Positions 41,794-51,699 of a DNA stretch of 64,000 nucleotides are shown here, piece after piece. The number at the start of each line of letters is the position of its first letter. The first letter of the stretch is position 1. The position numbers and the translations under genes are program-made. Under the pieces are notes generated by a model that did not search any database, was not told where the DNA came from, and saw nothing but the letters and a program-made list of their open reading frames with translations. The DNA lies in contig OZ219788.1 of assembly GCA_964291285.2 (NCBI GenBank), positions 128,001 to 192,000 of the forward strand. Reading direction: 5' to 3'. The stretch is from Alphaproteobacteria bacterium (GTDB lineage Bacteria > Pseudomonadota > Alphaproteobacteria > Bin95).

Positions 41794-43869
41794 TTATCCG
41801 CCCTCTCCCAAGGCCAGCACCACGCCGCCGCTGACCGGGTCGGCCGCCGTGAGGCGGACGGAGAGGGTGTCACCCAGCCGAAAGGCGCGGCCGGTGGCGC
41901 GGCCGGTGAGGGTGTGGCGGCGCCCGTCATGGCGGAAATACTCGCCGCCGAGCGCCGCGGTCGGCAGGATGCCGTCCGCGCCCTCTCCGGCAAGGCGCAG
42001 GAAGAGGCCGAAGCGCTGCACGCCGACGATGCGCGCCTCGAAGGCTTCGCCCGCCCGACCTTCCAGCAGGGCGGCGGCATAGCGGTCCAGCGCCCGCCTC
42101 TCCGCCGCCGCCGCGCGCCGTTCCGTCGTCGAGATATGCGCGGCGATGTCGTGGAAGCCCGACTCGTCCCTGAGGCCGCCGACGCCCAGACCGAGCGCGG
42201 CGATCAGCGCGCGATGCACCAGCAGGTCGGCATAGCGCCGGATCGGCGAGGTGAAATGCGCGTAGCGCGCGAGCCCGAGGCCGAAATGGCCGCGCAGCTC
42301 CGGCGTATAGACGGCCTGGGACTGCGCGCGCAGCACCAGCTCGTGCGCGAGCGCCGCAAAGGGCTTGTCCGCAAGCCGGGCGAGCAGGGCGTTGAACTGC
42401 TTCGGGCGCTGCAATTCGCCGAAGGAGACGGGGTAGCCCAAGTCACGCAGCAGGCTTCGCATCGCCTCGACCGCCGCCGGGTCCGGCCGGTCGTGGACGC
42501 GCCGCATGCAGATCTGGCCCTTCGCCTCCAGCACCTCGGCCGCCGCGACATTCGCCGCGATCATGAACTCCTCGACGATCCGGTGGGACATCAGCCGGTT
42601 GCGCGCGCCCACCGCAACGGGGTTTCCGCCGGCATCGAAGACCACGCGGCGCTCCGGCAGGTCGAGCTCCAGCGCCCCGCGCCGCCACCGCGCGCGCTCG
42701 AGCGCGCGGAACGCCCCTTCCAGATAGGCGAGGTGCGGGGGCGTGTCCGGCCCGTCCAGCGCATCCTGGAGGGCGCGGTATGTGAGCCGGGCCGAAGAGC
42801 GCATCCATCCGCGCCGGAAGCGGTGGCCACGCAGGGCGCCCGCCGGGCCGATCCGCAGTTCCACGGCGAGGCAGGGCCGTTCCTCGCCGGGCAGAAGGCT
42901 GCCAAGCCCTCCGGACAGGCGCTCCGGCAGCATCGGCACGGCGCGGTCCGGCAGATAAACCGAGTTGCCGCGCCGCGCCGCCTCACCGTCGAGCGCGCTT
43001 CCGGGCGGCACAAGGGAGGCGATGTCGGCGATGGCGACCGTTACGCGCCAGCCCTCCTCGCCGTCGGGCTCCGCGAACACCGCATCGTCGAAGTCGCGGG
43101 CGTCGTCGTCATCCACGGTTACGAGGGCCATGTTGGTAAGGTCAGTGCGCCCGGCGGGTTCCGGTAGCCGCGCGGCCTCCGCCTCGGCCAGTGCATCGGG
43201 CGGGAACGACTCCTCGATGCCGTGCTCCAGCAGGGTCAGCGTCGAGAGCGCGCCCGGCCCGTCATGGCGGCCGGTGCGCTCGACCGCCCGGACCGTGCGG
43301 CGCTGTCCCCGCCCTCCCGGCAGAACCGCGGCGCGGACGATGTCTCCGGGCTCCGCGCCGCCCGCTTCCCCGAGGGCGAACTCCCGGTTCCGCCCCCGGT
43401 CTGCCGGACGAAACACCAGCTCGCCGCCTTCCTCCGCCACCACGCCCAGCATGTCGGCGGGAGGAGCGGTCAGCCGGCGCATGACGCGGGCCAGATAGCC
43501 GCCATCGCCCGCGGGCCTGAGGCGCACCAGCAGCTTCGCGCCCGTGGCGGGAAGCGGCCCCGGACCCGGCTCATCGACGACGATGTCCGGGGCGGGCACG
43601 CCCTTCCGTCCCGCCAGGCAGGCGAGCAGATCGCCGTCCTCGGTGCGCCCCGTCACCTCCACCACGGTCACTTCGGGCAGGCCGGTCGCGAACCGCCGGC
43701 CCCGGCGGCGGTCTATCGCGCCCTCGGCCTCTAGGTCCCGCAGGAGGTCCCGCAACGCCGCGCGCTCAGCGCCCTTGAGGCGGAAGGCGCGGGCGATCTC
43801 CTTGCGGTCCACCGGCCCGCCGCGTTCCGCGACGAAGGCGAGCAGACTGTCGCGGTCAGGCAGCGCCAC
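41794..43869 (-). CDS. rnr: Ribonuclease R (RNB domain + S1)
   Basis: DARDFDDA, VAIAD, EEFMIAAN, HFTSPIRRYADL. Confidence 0.92.
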   Translation of the reverse strand: MALPDRDSLLAFVAERGGPVDRKEIARAFRLKGAERAALRDLLRDLEAEGAIDRRRGRRFATGLPEVTVVEVTGRTEDGDLLACLAGRKGVPAPDIVVDEPGPGPLPATGAKLLVRLRPAGDGGYLARVMRRLTAPPADMLGVVAEEGGELVFRPADRGRNREFALGEAGGAEPGDIVRAAVLPGGRGQRRTVRAVERTGRHDGPGALSTLTLLEHGIEESFPPDALAEAEAARLPEPAGRTDLTNMALVTVDDDDARDFDDAVFAEPDGEEGWRVTVAIADIASLVPPGSALDGEAARRGNSVYLPDRAVPMLPERLSGGLGSLLPGEERPCLAVELRIGPAGALRGHRFRRGWMRSSARLTYRALQDALDGPDTPPHLAYLEGAFRALERARWRRGALELDLPERRVVFDAGGNPVAVGARNRLMSHRIVEEFMIAANVAAAEVLEAKGQICMRRVHDRPDPAAVEAMRSLLRDLGYPVSFGELQRPKQFNALLARLADKPFAALAHELVLRAQSQAVYTPELRGHFGLGLARYAHFTSPIRRYADLLVHRALIAALGLGVGGLRDESGFHDIAAHISTTERRAAAAERRALDRYAAALLEGRAGEAFEARIVGVQRFGLFLRLAGEGADGILPTAALGGEYFRHDGRRHTLTGRATGRAFRLGDTLSVRLTAADPVSGGVVLALGEGG

Positions 43870-46474
43870 GCGGGTCGGGCTTTTTGGCGGTGGCGGTCTT
43901 GCGGGAACGGCCTTTTGCAGGGGCGGCCTTCGGCTTCGCGGCGGCCTTGCGAGCGCCCGTCTTGCCGCCGGCGGCTTTCTTCTGCTCCAGCAGGGGCAGG
44001 GCGGCTTCGAGCGTCGCCTCCTCGGGCGCCTGGCCTTTCGGCAGCGAGGCCATGATGCGGCCGTGCTTCACATAGGGTCCGTAACGGCCCTTGTGGACAG
44101 TGACGGGCTTGCCGTCGGCGGGATGCGCGCCCAGCTCCTTCAGCGGCCCGGCGGACCGTCCGCCCTTCTTGCCGGCTATCAGCACCACGGCCCGGTTCAG
44201 GCCGATTTCCAGCACATCGTCGCCGCGCGGGATCGAGACATAGGCGCCGTCATGGCGCAGATAGGGACCGTAGCGGCCGAGGCCGGCCGAGATCGGCTTG
44301 CCGGTTTCCGGATGCCGCCCCACTTCGCGCGGCAGGGAGAGCAGGCCGAGCGCCTGCTGCAGCGTGACGGCTGCCGGATCCATGCCCCGCGGCGTGGAGA
44401 CGCGCTTCGGCTTGTTCCCGTCCTCTCCGGCAAGCTGGACATAGAAGCCGTAGGGCCCCTTGCGCACGGACACCTCAAGCCCGGCCTCCGGGTGGTCGCC
44501 GAGGATACGCGGCCCGTTCTCGTCCTGGGCCTCCGGGGCCGTCAGCGGCCGGACATGGCGGCAGTCCGGATAGCGCGAGCAGCCGAAGAAAGCGCCGTGG
44601 CGGCCCAGCCGCAGGCCGAGCCGCCCCTCGCCGCAGGCCGGGCAAAGGCGCGGGTCCTTGCCGTTATCGGTCGGCGGGAAGAAATGCGCATCAAGCTCCT
44701 TGTCGAGAGCGTCGATGACATTTGATATGCGCAGGCCCTGCGTTTCCTCGACCTTGGCCTGGAAGCCGTCCCAGAACTCCTGCAGCAGCGCGCGCCAGTC
44801 GATGCGCCCGTTCGAGACCGCGTCGAGCTTCTCCTCCAGGTCGGCGGTGAATTCGTATTCCACATAGCGCTCGAAGAAGTTCTGCAGGAAGGCCGTAACG
44901 ATGCGTCCCCGGTCCTCCGGAACGAACCGCTTGTTTTCCAGCCGGACATAGTCGCGGTCCTGCAGTACCTGGATGATCGAGGCGTAGGTGGAAGGACGCC
45001 CGATGCCGAGCTCCTCCAGCCGCTTGACCAGGCTCGCCTCGGTGTAGCGCGGCGGCGGCTGGGTGAAATGCTGCTCGGCTTCCACAGCCTTCTGCTCCGC
45101 CGGCTCGCCTTCGGCCACGGGCGGCAGGGCCTGGCCCTCTTCCTCGCTGGTCGCCTTGCCGTCGGGCGCGTCGTCCCGGCCTTCGCGGTAGAGCTTCAGG
45201 TAGCCGTCGAAGCGGATGACCGAGCCGGTTGCGCGCAATACCGCCCGCCCGTCTGTCGCCGCCACATCGACGGCGGCGCGATCAAACACGGCAGCGGCCA
45301 TCTGGCTTGCGACGGCGCGCCGCCAGACCAGCTCGTAGAGCCTGAACAGGTCCGGGGCGAGCCGGTCCCGGACATCCTGCGGCCGGCGCCCCATATCGGT
45401 CGGCCGGACCGCCTCATGAGCCTCCTGGGCGTTGCGCGCCGAAGAGCGGTAGCGCCTCGGTTTCGGCGGCAGATAGGCCTCGCCGAAGTCGCGTTCGATC
45501 AGCCGGCGCGCGCCGGCCAGAGCTTCTCCGCTCATCGCCACGCTGTCGGTCCGCATGTAAGTGATGAGGCCCACGCTTTCGCCGCCGAGATCGACGCCCT
45601 CGTAAAGCTGCTGGGCGACGCGCATGGTACGCGCGGCCCCGAAGCCGAGCCGCCGCGAGGCCTCCTGCTGGAGCGTCGAAGTGGTGAAGGGCGGTGCCGG
45701 GTTACGGCGCGCCTGCTTCTTCTCCACAGCGGCGATCCGGTATGCGGCCTCCTCCAACCGCGCCTTGACGGCAAGCGCAGCCGCCTCGTCCGCAATCGCA
45801 TGGGTCGCGAGCTTCTTGCCGTCGAGATGGGTGAGCCGGGCGCGGAACGCCGCCCCGGCGGCCGTCTCGAAATCGGCATCGACGGTCCAGTATTCGCGTG
45901 CCCGGAACGCCTCGATCTCCGCCTCCCGGTCGCAGACCAGGCGGAGCGCCACTGATTGCACCCGTCCCGCCGAGCGTGCGCCGGGCAGCTTGCGCCAGAG
46001 CACCGGCGAGAGCGTGAAGCCCACCAGATAGTCGAGGGCACGGCGCGCCAGATAGGCGTCCACCAACTCCTGGTTGATGCTGCGCGGATTGGCGACGGCA
46101 TCGAGGACCGCATTGCGCGTCACCTCATGGAAGACGACGCGCCCGACCTCGACCCCTTTGAGCGCCTTGCGGCTTTCCAGAGCCTCCCGGACATGCCAGG
46201 AGATCGCCTCTCCCTCGCGGTCCGGGTCGGTGGCGAGATAGAGGCGCGAGGCGCCTTTCACCGCCTTGGCGATTTCCCCTACGTGCTTCCTGCCGCGCTC
46301 GTCCATCTGCCAGGACATGGCGAAGTCCTTGTCGGGCACGACCGAGCCGTCTTTCGGCGGAAGGTCGCGGACATGGCCAAAGCTCGCCAGCACCCGGAAA
46401 TCCCTTCCGAGATACTTGTTGATCGTCTTTGCCTTGGCCGGCGATTCGACAACAACGACAGTTTCAGCACTCAT
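43856..46474 (-). CDS. topA: DNA topoisomerase I
   Basis: VESPAKAK, ATDPDREGE, SAGRVQS, ITYMRTDS, GIGRPSTY. Confidence 0.97.
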   Translation of the reverse strand: MSAETVVVVESPAKAKTINKYLGRDFRVLASFGHVRDLPPKDGSVVPDKDFAMSWQMDERGRKHVGEIAKAVKGASRLYLATDPDREGEAISWHVREALESRKALKGVEVGRVVFHEVTRNAVLDAVANPRSINQELVDAYLARRALDYLVGFTLSPVLWRKLPGARSAGRVQSVALRLVCDREAEIEAFRAREYWTVDADFETAAGAAFRARLTHLDGKKLATHAIADEAAALAVKARLEEAAYRIAAVEKKQARRNPAPPFTTSTLQQEASRRLGFGAARTMRVAQQLYEGVDLGGESVGLITYMRTDSVAMSGEALAGARRLIERDFGEAYLPPKPRRYRSSARNAQEAHEAVRPTDMGRRPQDVRDRLAPDLFRLYELVWRRAVASQMAAAVFDRAAVDVAATDGRAVLRATGSVIRFDGYLKLYREGRDDAPDGKATSEEEGQALPPVAEGEPAEQKAVEAEQHFTQPPPRYTEASLVKRLEELGIGRPSTYASIIQVLQDRDYVRLENKRFVPEDRGRIVTAFLQNFFERYVEYEFTADLEEKLDAVSNGRIDWRALLQEFWDGFQAKVEETQGLRISNVIDALDKELDAHFFPPTDNGKDPRLCPACGEGRLGLRLGRHGAFFGCSRYPDCRHVRPLTAPEAQDENGPRILGDHPEAGLEVSVRKGPYGFYVQLAGEDGNKPKRVSTPRGMDPAAVTLQQALGLLSLPREVGRHPETGKPISAGLGRYGPYLRHDGAYVSIPRGDDVLEIGLNRAVVLIAGKKGGRSAGPLKELGAHPADGKPVTVHKGRYGPYVKHGRIMASLPKGQAPEEATLEAALPLLEQKKAAGGKTGARKAAAKPKAAPAKGRSRKTATAKKPDPRGAA

Positions 46475-47556
46475 CGCGATATCAATGAAACCCTTTGACC
46501 AGGATGCCGTTCGACACGGCCTGCCAACTCAAGATCGAGCAGCATTGCGGCCACGGCGCCGCTCGACAAGTGGCATCGGCGGGCGAGTTCGTCAACCGTG
46601 ACCGGAACGGGGCCGAGCGCGGAGAGCAGGCTGTTTTCCGCTTCGGGACCATTGTCGCCCGCGGGGGCGGCAGGAGGCCGAGGCGGCGATATGGCGCGGA
46701 CCGGCCGGCTTGCCGCCGGGCGCGGGCGCGCCTGCGGCGCGATGCTGTCGGCGAGCGCTTCGGCAATGTCGTCGGCGCTGGTGACGAGGGTGGCGCCATT
46801 GCGGATCAGGTCATGGCAGCCGGCATTGCGCGGGTCGAGCGGCGAGCCGGGCACGGCGAACACCTGGCGGCCTTCGTCGGCGGCCAGCCGCGCGGTAATC
46901 AGCGAGCCCGACCGGGCCGCCGCCTCGATCACGACGACCCCGGCCGCCAGCCCCGCGACGATGCGGTTGCGGCGGGGAAAGTCCTGCGCCCGCGCCTGGA
47001 AGCCCGGCGGGTTTTCCGCGAGCACGAGGCCGTCCGCGGCCATGGCGTCGAACAGAGCTCGGTTCTGCGGCGGATAGGGACGGTCGATGCCCCCGGCCAG
47101 AACGGCAATGGTGCCGCTGGCAAGCGCGCCCCTGTGCGCGGCCGTGTCGATGCCGCGCGCAAGCCCCGAGACGACGGTGAAGCCGGCCTCGCCGAGCGCC
47201 CGCGCCAGCTGCTCTGCAATCCGCTGGCCGGCCGCAGACGCGTTGCGCGCGCCCACCATGGCGACGACCGGCGTGGCGGCGAGCACGAGGTTACCCAGCG
47301 CCGCAATGAAGGGCGGCGGGTCGGCGATGCGCGAGAGCGCGGCCGGGTAGTCGTCGTCGCCGAACCAGACCGGCCTTGCGCCGAGACGGGCCAGCGCCTC
47401 CAGTTCCTCCTCCGCTTCGCGCGCGGGCGGCGGCCGAAAGCCGAAGTCCGGCAACGCCTCCAACGCCGCCTCCGCCGAGCCCAGCCGCTCGACGAGTTCG
47501 AAGTATCGGACCGGCCCGATGCCGGGCGTCCGCGCGAGACGCAGCCTTGCCGTCAT
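46471..47556 (-). CDS. dprA: DNA-processing protein DprA
   Basis: VGARNAS, VSGLARGID, FPRRNRI, SGSLITA, VPGSP. Confidence 0.95.
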   Translation of the reverse strand: MTARLRLARTPGIGPVRYFELVERLGSAEAALEALPDFGFRPPPAREAEEELEALARLGARPVWFGDDDYPAALSRIADPPPFIAALGNLVLAATPVVAMVGARNASAAGQRIAEQLARALGEAGFTVVSGLARGIDTAAHRGALASGTIAVLAGGIDRPYPPQNRALFDAMAADGLVLAENPPGFQARAQDFPRRNRIVAGLAAGVVVIEAAARSGSLITARLAADEGRQVFAVPGSPLDPRNAGCHDLIRNGATLVTSADDIAEALADSIAPQARPRPAASRPVRAISPPRPPAAPAGDNGPEAENSLLSALGPVPVTVDELARRCHLSSGAVAAMLLDLELAGRVERHPGQRVSLISR

Positions 47557-48167
47557 CGCAGCTTGATCCGGCTTTCCTCGCCTTTCAGCAGCCGGCGGAT
47601 ATTGGCGGCATGGCGGGCGATCACGGCTATCGCAATCAGGCCGGTCACCTCCGCTTCGGCCGCCCCGACAAGCGCCCAGGCCCAAGCCGGCGAGGAGCCG
47701 ATGGCGAGGATCGCGGCCAGCGACGAATAGCGGAAGAGCGCAGCCGTTCCGAGCCATACGGCCGCCGCCGCAATTCCGACAGGCCATGTGAAGACGAACA
47801 GCACGCCGAAGGCGGTCGCCACGCCCCTGCCGCCGCGAAAGCGCAGCCAGACCGGCGCGATATGGCCGGCGACCACGCCGAGCGCCGCGAACACCGCCAT
47901 GCTCGGGCCGAACCAGTGGCCCGCCACCGCCACCGCGGCCGCGCCCTTGCCGGCGTCGAGCAGCAGGGTGAACGCCGCCAGCCCCTTGCGCCCGGTCCGC
48001 AGCACGTTGGTCGCGCCGATATTGCCGGAGCCGACCTGCCTGAGATCCCCCGCCCCGGCCAGGCGGGTGAGCAGCAGGCCGAAGGGAATGCTTCCCAGCA
48101 GGTAGGCCGCCAGGAACGCCGCATAGAGCGGCCAGGTGAAGGAGAAATCGCCAAGCGGGTCGGGCAT
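47553..48167 (-). CDS. plsY: Glycerol-3-phosphate acyltransferase
   Basis: YLLGSIPFG, GSGNIGATN, RH.ANI.RL..GEE. Confidence 0.95.
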   Translation of the reverse strand: MPDPLGDFSFTWPLYAAFLAAYLLGSIPFGLLLTRLAGAGDLRQVGSGNIGATNVLRTGRKGLAAFTLLLDAGKGAAAVAVAGHWFGPSMAVFAALGVVAGHIAPVWLRFRGGRGVATAFGVLFVFTWPVGIAAAAVWLGTAALFRYSSLAAILAIGSSPAWAWALVGAAEAEVTGLIAIAVIARHAANIRRLLKGEESRIKLR

Positions 48168-48168
48168 C

Positions 48169-49071
48169 TCAGATCCCCATCACTATGCGCGCGAGCCGTT
48201 CCGCATCCTCCGGCCCGACCATCAGCGTCGGGGCGGTGATGGCGCGCACGCCTTCCGCCTCTATCGCCGCCGCCTCATGCGCGTCCGCCTCGTCGATGAC
48301 CAGCGCGCGGATCAGGCCGCGGTAATGACGGGCGACCGCAAGCGAGGAGGGTTCCAGCCCGAGTTCCGACATCATCTTCGCCGCCGGGCCCTTCACCGCC
48401 CTGCCGCCGATGATCGGGGAGACGCAGACGGCGTCGCGCATCGCCTTCCGATAACCCGCGACGGCCAGTATCGGGTCTATGCTGATATAGGGGTTGGACG
48501 GGCAGATGACGACAAGGTCGGCATCGCCCAGGGCTTCGAGCGCGCCGGGCGCCGGGCGGGCGGTTTCAGCGCCCTCGAAAGCGAAGCCGGTAACGCGCGG
48601 GGCGGTGCGTTCGCGCACGAAATAATGCTGGAAGGCAAGCCGCCCGGATGCGGTCTCGACCAGGGTCCGCAACCGGTGGTCGGTTGCCGGAATCACGCGC
48701 GCCGACACGCGGAGCCGGTCGAGAAAGCCGGCAGTAACGGCGGATAGCGGCTCTCCGGCCGCGAGGCGCCGGCTGCGCAGAACATGCATCGCAAGATCGG
48801 CGTCGCCCAGATTGAACCAGGTCTCGCCGCCGAGCGCGCCAACGGCAGCCATGAAGTTCCAGCTCTCGCCGGCGCGGCCCCAGCCGCGTTCCCGGTCGGC
48901 GAGACCCGAGAGCGCATAGACCAGCGAATCGATGTCCGGCGAAACCGAAAGGCCGAGATGCTCGAAATCGTCGCCGGTATTGGCGATCACCGTGAGGTCA
49001 GCGCCGGCGCGCATCAGCCCTTCCGCCAGTTTCGCGCCGCCGACGCCGCCGGAGAGCGCGGCGACTTTCAC
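48169..49071 (-). CDS. cofD: 2-phospho-L-lactate transferase
   Basis: LSGGVGGAKL, NTGDD, SPDID, WFNLGD.D, PSNP..SI.PIL, KGPAAKMM. Confidence 0.93.
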   Translation of the reverse strand: MKVAALSGGVGGAKLAEGLMRAGADLTVIANTGDDFEHLGLSVSPDIDSLVYALSGLADRERGWGRAGESWNFMAAVGALGGETWFNLGDADLAMHVLRSRRLAAGEPLSAVTAGFLDRLRVSARVIPATDHRLRTLVETASGRLAFQHYFVRERTAPRVTGFAFEGAETARPAPGALEALGDADLVVICPSNPYISIDPILAVAGYRKAMRDAVCVSPIIGGRAVKGPAAKMMSELGLEPSSLAVARHYRGLIRALVIDEADAHEAAAIEAEGVRAITAPTLMVGPEDAERLARIVMGI

Positions 49072-49823
49072 CGGAACAGGTCCGTGGCCCGGTCGCGCAG
49101 CAAGGGGCCAACGCCGCTATCGTCGTCCGGCAGGTCGAGCCCGCGAACAAGCACGACCGGTGTCGCTTCGTCGGCCTGTCCCTGGAGGATCGAAGCGGCG
49201 GCCGCGATCTCGTCCGCCTGGCCGACAATGGTGACTTCCAGCGGCTGGCCGAACAGGTCGGGTTCGCCGCGGCGGTCGTCGATGGCCGGCAGACCGGCCA
49301 CGCCGATAGCGACGCCGCAGGTGCCTACCCGCCAGGCCCGGCCGAAGCTGTCAGACACGATGACGCCGGGCGCCGCGCCCCAGCGCTCCGCCAGCGCGGT
49401 ACGCAGCGCCCTCGCGGAAGCGTCGGGGTCGATGGGCAGCAGCAGCAGGCGTCCGGCCTCGATGTTGGAGTGGTCTATGCCGGCATTCGCCATCACATGG
49501 CCGTGCCTGTGCTCGACGACCACCACGCCCGGCCGGTGGCGCACGATCTCTGCCGTTTCCCCGAGCAGGATTTCGACATGCGCAGGGTCCTTGCGGGTCA
49601 GCGCCGCCAATCGCTTCGCCGCCGGCGACGGCGCCGTCTCCGCCGGAAAGGCGTAGCGCCCTTCCGCCTTGGAAACGATCTTCTGCGCGACCACGAGGAT
49701 GTCGCCGGCCTCGAGCCCGGTTCCGGCCCGTTCCAGCCCATCGGAAATCAACCCGGCGAGATCGTCGCCCGGCTCGACCATCGGCAGTCCGGGCAGCGCG
49801 ACCAGCTCCAGCCGCCGGGTCAC
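49068..49823 (-). CDS. cofE: Coenzyme F420-0:L-glutamate ligase
   Basis: PGDDL, QKIVSKAEG, ANAGID.SN, DSFGRAWR, ADEIAAAA. Confidence 0.93.
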   Translation of the reverse strand: MTRRLELVALPGLPMVEPGDDLAGLISDGLERAGTGLEAGDILVVAQKIVSKAEGRYAFPAETAPSPAAKRLAALTRKDPAHVEILLGETAEIVRHRPGVVVVEHRHGHVMANAGIDHSNIEAGRLLLLPIDPDASARALRTALAERWGAAPGVIVSDSFGRAWRVGTCGVAIGVAGLPAIDDRRGEPDLFGQPLEVTIVGQADEIAAAASILQGQADEATPVVLVRGLDLPDDDSGVGPLLRDRATDLFR

Positions 49824-50479
49824 GCGCCGCCCTGCTCCGCCGCCGGCGTCCCGGTAATCCGCAAGCCCGCGCCGTCGATGCCGTAGCGGCGGTTGATCTG
49901 GATGATGACAGAGGTGAGCGCCTCGGCGGCGGCGGAATTCGCCAGCGGGCCGGCATGCCAGCCGCGCAGGCCGAGGTCTTCCGCCAGCCCGATCACGGTT
50001 TCGCGCGCCGCCAGCTTGTCGCCCGCCACCAGCACGTCGCAGTCGATGTCATGGGCCGCCTGCAAGTGCGCCGCCGCAACATTCTGGAAGGCCGAGACGA
50101 CGGTGGCGCGTTCGCCCAGCCAGGCCTGCGCCTCAACCGCCGCCGAACCGGCCTCGGGAAGTTGCACCGTCCCGACCCGGGGCGGCATCAGCGGCACGGT
50201 CGCATCGACGAGGATCTTGCCTTCGAGACCGTCGGCAATGCTCTCTATCGTGCTCCTGTGGTGGGCGTAGGGCACGGTCAGCACCACGATATCGGCAGCC
50301 GCGGCCGCTTCCGGGTTAACGAGGCCGACCGCGCCGTGGCCCGCCTCCGCCGCCGCGGCATCGGCCCGCTCCTGGGTGCGCGATCCGATCACCACCTTGT
50401 GCCCGGCATCCGCCCAGCGCCGCGCGAAGCCCGTGCCGAGCGCGCCCGTGCCGCCGATGATCGCGATGGTCCGTCCCAT
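49820..50479 (-). CDS. npdG: F420-dependent NADP oxidoreductase
   Basis: IIGGTGALG, IGSR, DATVPL, SAFQNV, AEALTSV...N..Y. Confidence 0.9.
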   Translation of the reverse strand: MGRTIAIIGGTGALGTGFARRWADAGHKVVIGSRTQERADAAAAEAGHGAVGLVNPEAAAAADIVVLTVPYAHHRSTIESIADGLEGKILVDATVPLMPPRVGTVQLPEAGSAAVEAQAWLGERATVVSAFQNVAAAHLQAAHDIDCDVLVAGDKLAARETVIGLAEDLGLRGWHAGPLANSAAAEALTSVIIQINRRYGIDGAGLRITGTPAAEQGGA

Positions 50480-50586
50480 AAGCCGCGCCTCCCCCTCTCG
50501 CTGCGCCCGCAGGGTTTACCCCATGCCGGGCGCCAAGCCAAAGCACGCTTGCCGTGAACTGTGTCCTAACCCTATCTTCCCGGCTC

Positions 50587-50781
50587 ATGATCGCGCCGCG
50601 CCCCATCGCCAGCCCCTGCGTGAAGGTTTGCCGCATCTCGCCCGAGACGCAGTATTGCGAGGGCTGTGGCCGCCGGCTCAAGGAAATCGCGGGCTGGGCC
50701 CGGATGGCGGAGGCGGAGCGCGCCGCCATCATGGCGGACCTGCCCCGCAGGCTCGCCGAAGGCGCTGCGGCACCGGCCTGA
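50587..50781 (+). CDS. DUF1289 family small Cys-rich protein
   Basis: SPCVKVC......CEGCGR...EIAGW. Confidence 0.85.
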   Translation: MIAPRPIASPCVKVCRISPETQYCEGCGRRLKEIAGWARMAEAERAAIMADLPRRLAEGAAAPA

Positions 50782-50817
50782 GGCGCAGGGCCCGCTGGCG
50801 GGCCGGCTCTGCAGGCC

Positions 50818-51432
50818 TTACTCGTCGAAGGCGGCCGACAGCCGGCTCCGCAGCTCTCCGGCCCCCGGCGCGCCGAGGTCCTGCGCCCGGAGCGCCCAGC
50901 GCCATGCCTCGGCCGGATCGTAAACCTCCTCCGGCCCGTTGATGCGGAGCAGCGCCAGATTGAAGGCCGCCTGCCCGATGCCGGCTTCGGCCGCGAGCGC
51001 ATAGAGGTCCGCGGCGCGGGCGGCGTCTTCGGCCTCGACCAAGCGCGCGAGGTTGAAATGCGCCTCGGCATGGCCCTGCGCCGCAGCGGCTTCGTACCAG
51101 TTTTGCGCCTCAGCCGGGTCGCGCGGCAGGCGGGGGGCGGAATCGAACAGGAGACCCAGCCGGAACTGGGCCCGCACCTCTCCCTGCGCCGCGGCCTTCC
51201 GATACCAGCCCACCGCTTCCGGCAGGCTGTTTGCCCCGCGCAGGCCCCGGTCGTGGATATAGCCGAGATAGAATTGCGCTTCCGGGTCTCCGGCCCTGGC
51301 CGCCTGTCCGTACCACCGCATGGCGTCGCCATAGGTCACGACGGGCGACGGCATGTCGGCCGCGCCGGCCCGCGCCGATACGAGGCAGAGCACGGCCAGA
51401 AACCCGCACAATGCAAGGCGCACGCCGTTCAT
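50818..51432 (-). CDS. Secreted Sel1-repeat protein
   Basis: Signal peptide; repeated AQF.LG...G....EA..WY..AA.QG units. Confidence 0.85.
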   Translation of the reverse strand: MNGVRLALCGFLAVLCLVSARAGAADMPSPVVTYGDAMRWYGQAARAGDPEAQFYLGYIHDRGLRGANSLPEAVGWYRKAAAQGEVRAQFRLGLLFDSAPRLPRDPAEAQNWYEAAAAQGHAEAHFNLARLVEAEDAARAADLYALAAEAGIGQAAFNLALLRINGPEEVYDPAEAWRWALRAQDLGAPGAGELRSRLSAAFDE

Positions 51433-51699
51433 TCCTGCCCCGGTGGCTTTTTGCATGGTTCGGGGTTCTCGCAACGCTCCCGCCCATCCCGTTCAAACAA
51501 AGCGGCGGGTATCCGCGAACTCGCAGACCGGCGCAAGCCTCAACACGCCCGAATGCGTCCCTGAGACCCATAATTGTCATAAATTGCGGAGAACGGCCAG
51601 AGGGTTGGAGTGCAGGGCGGTCCCCGCCCGCAAGAGGGAAGCCCCGCTTGCGCGCCGGGAGCGGGAGACTCACAATCCCGAATCGAGGGGGACTTGGTC

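Noticed and set aside
51565-51590. CATAATTG/CATAAATTG tandem in a divergent promoter region
   Set aside because: Only two imperfect copies, unrelated to the CATGACA arrays; insufficient evidence.
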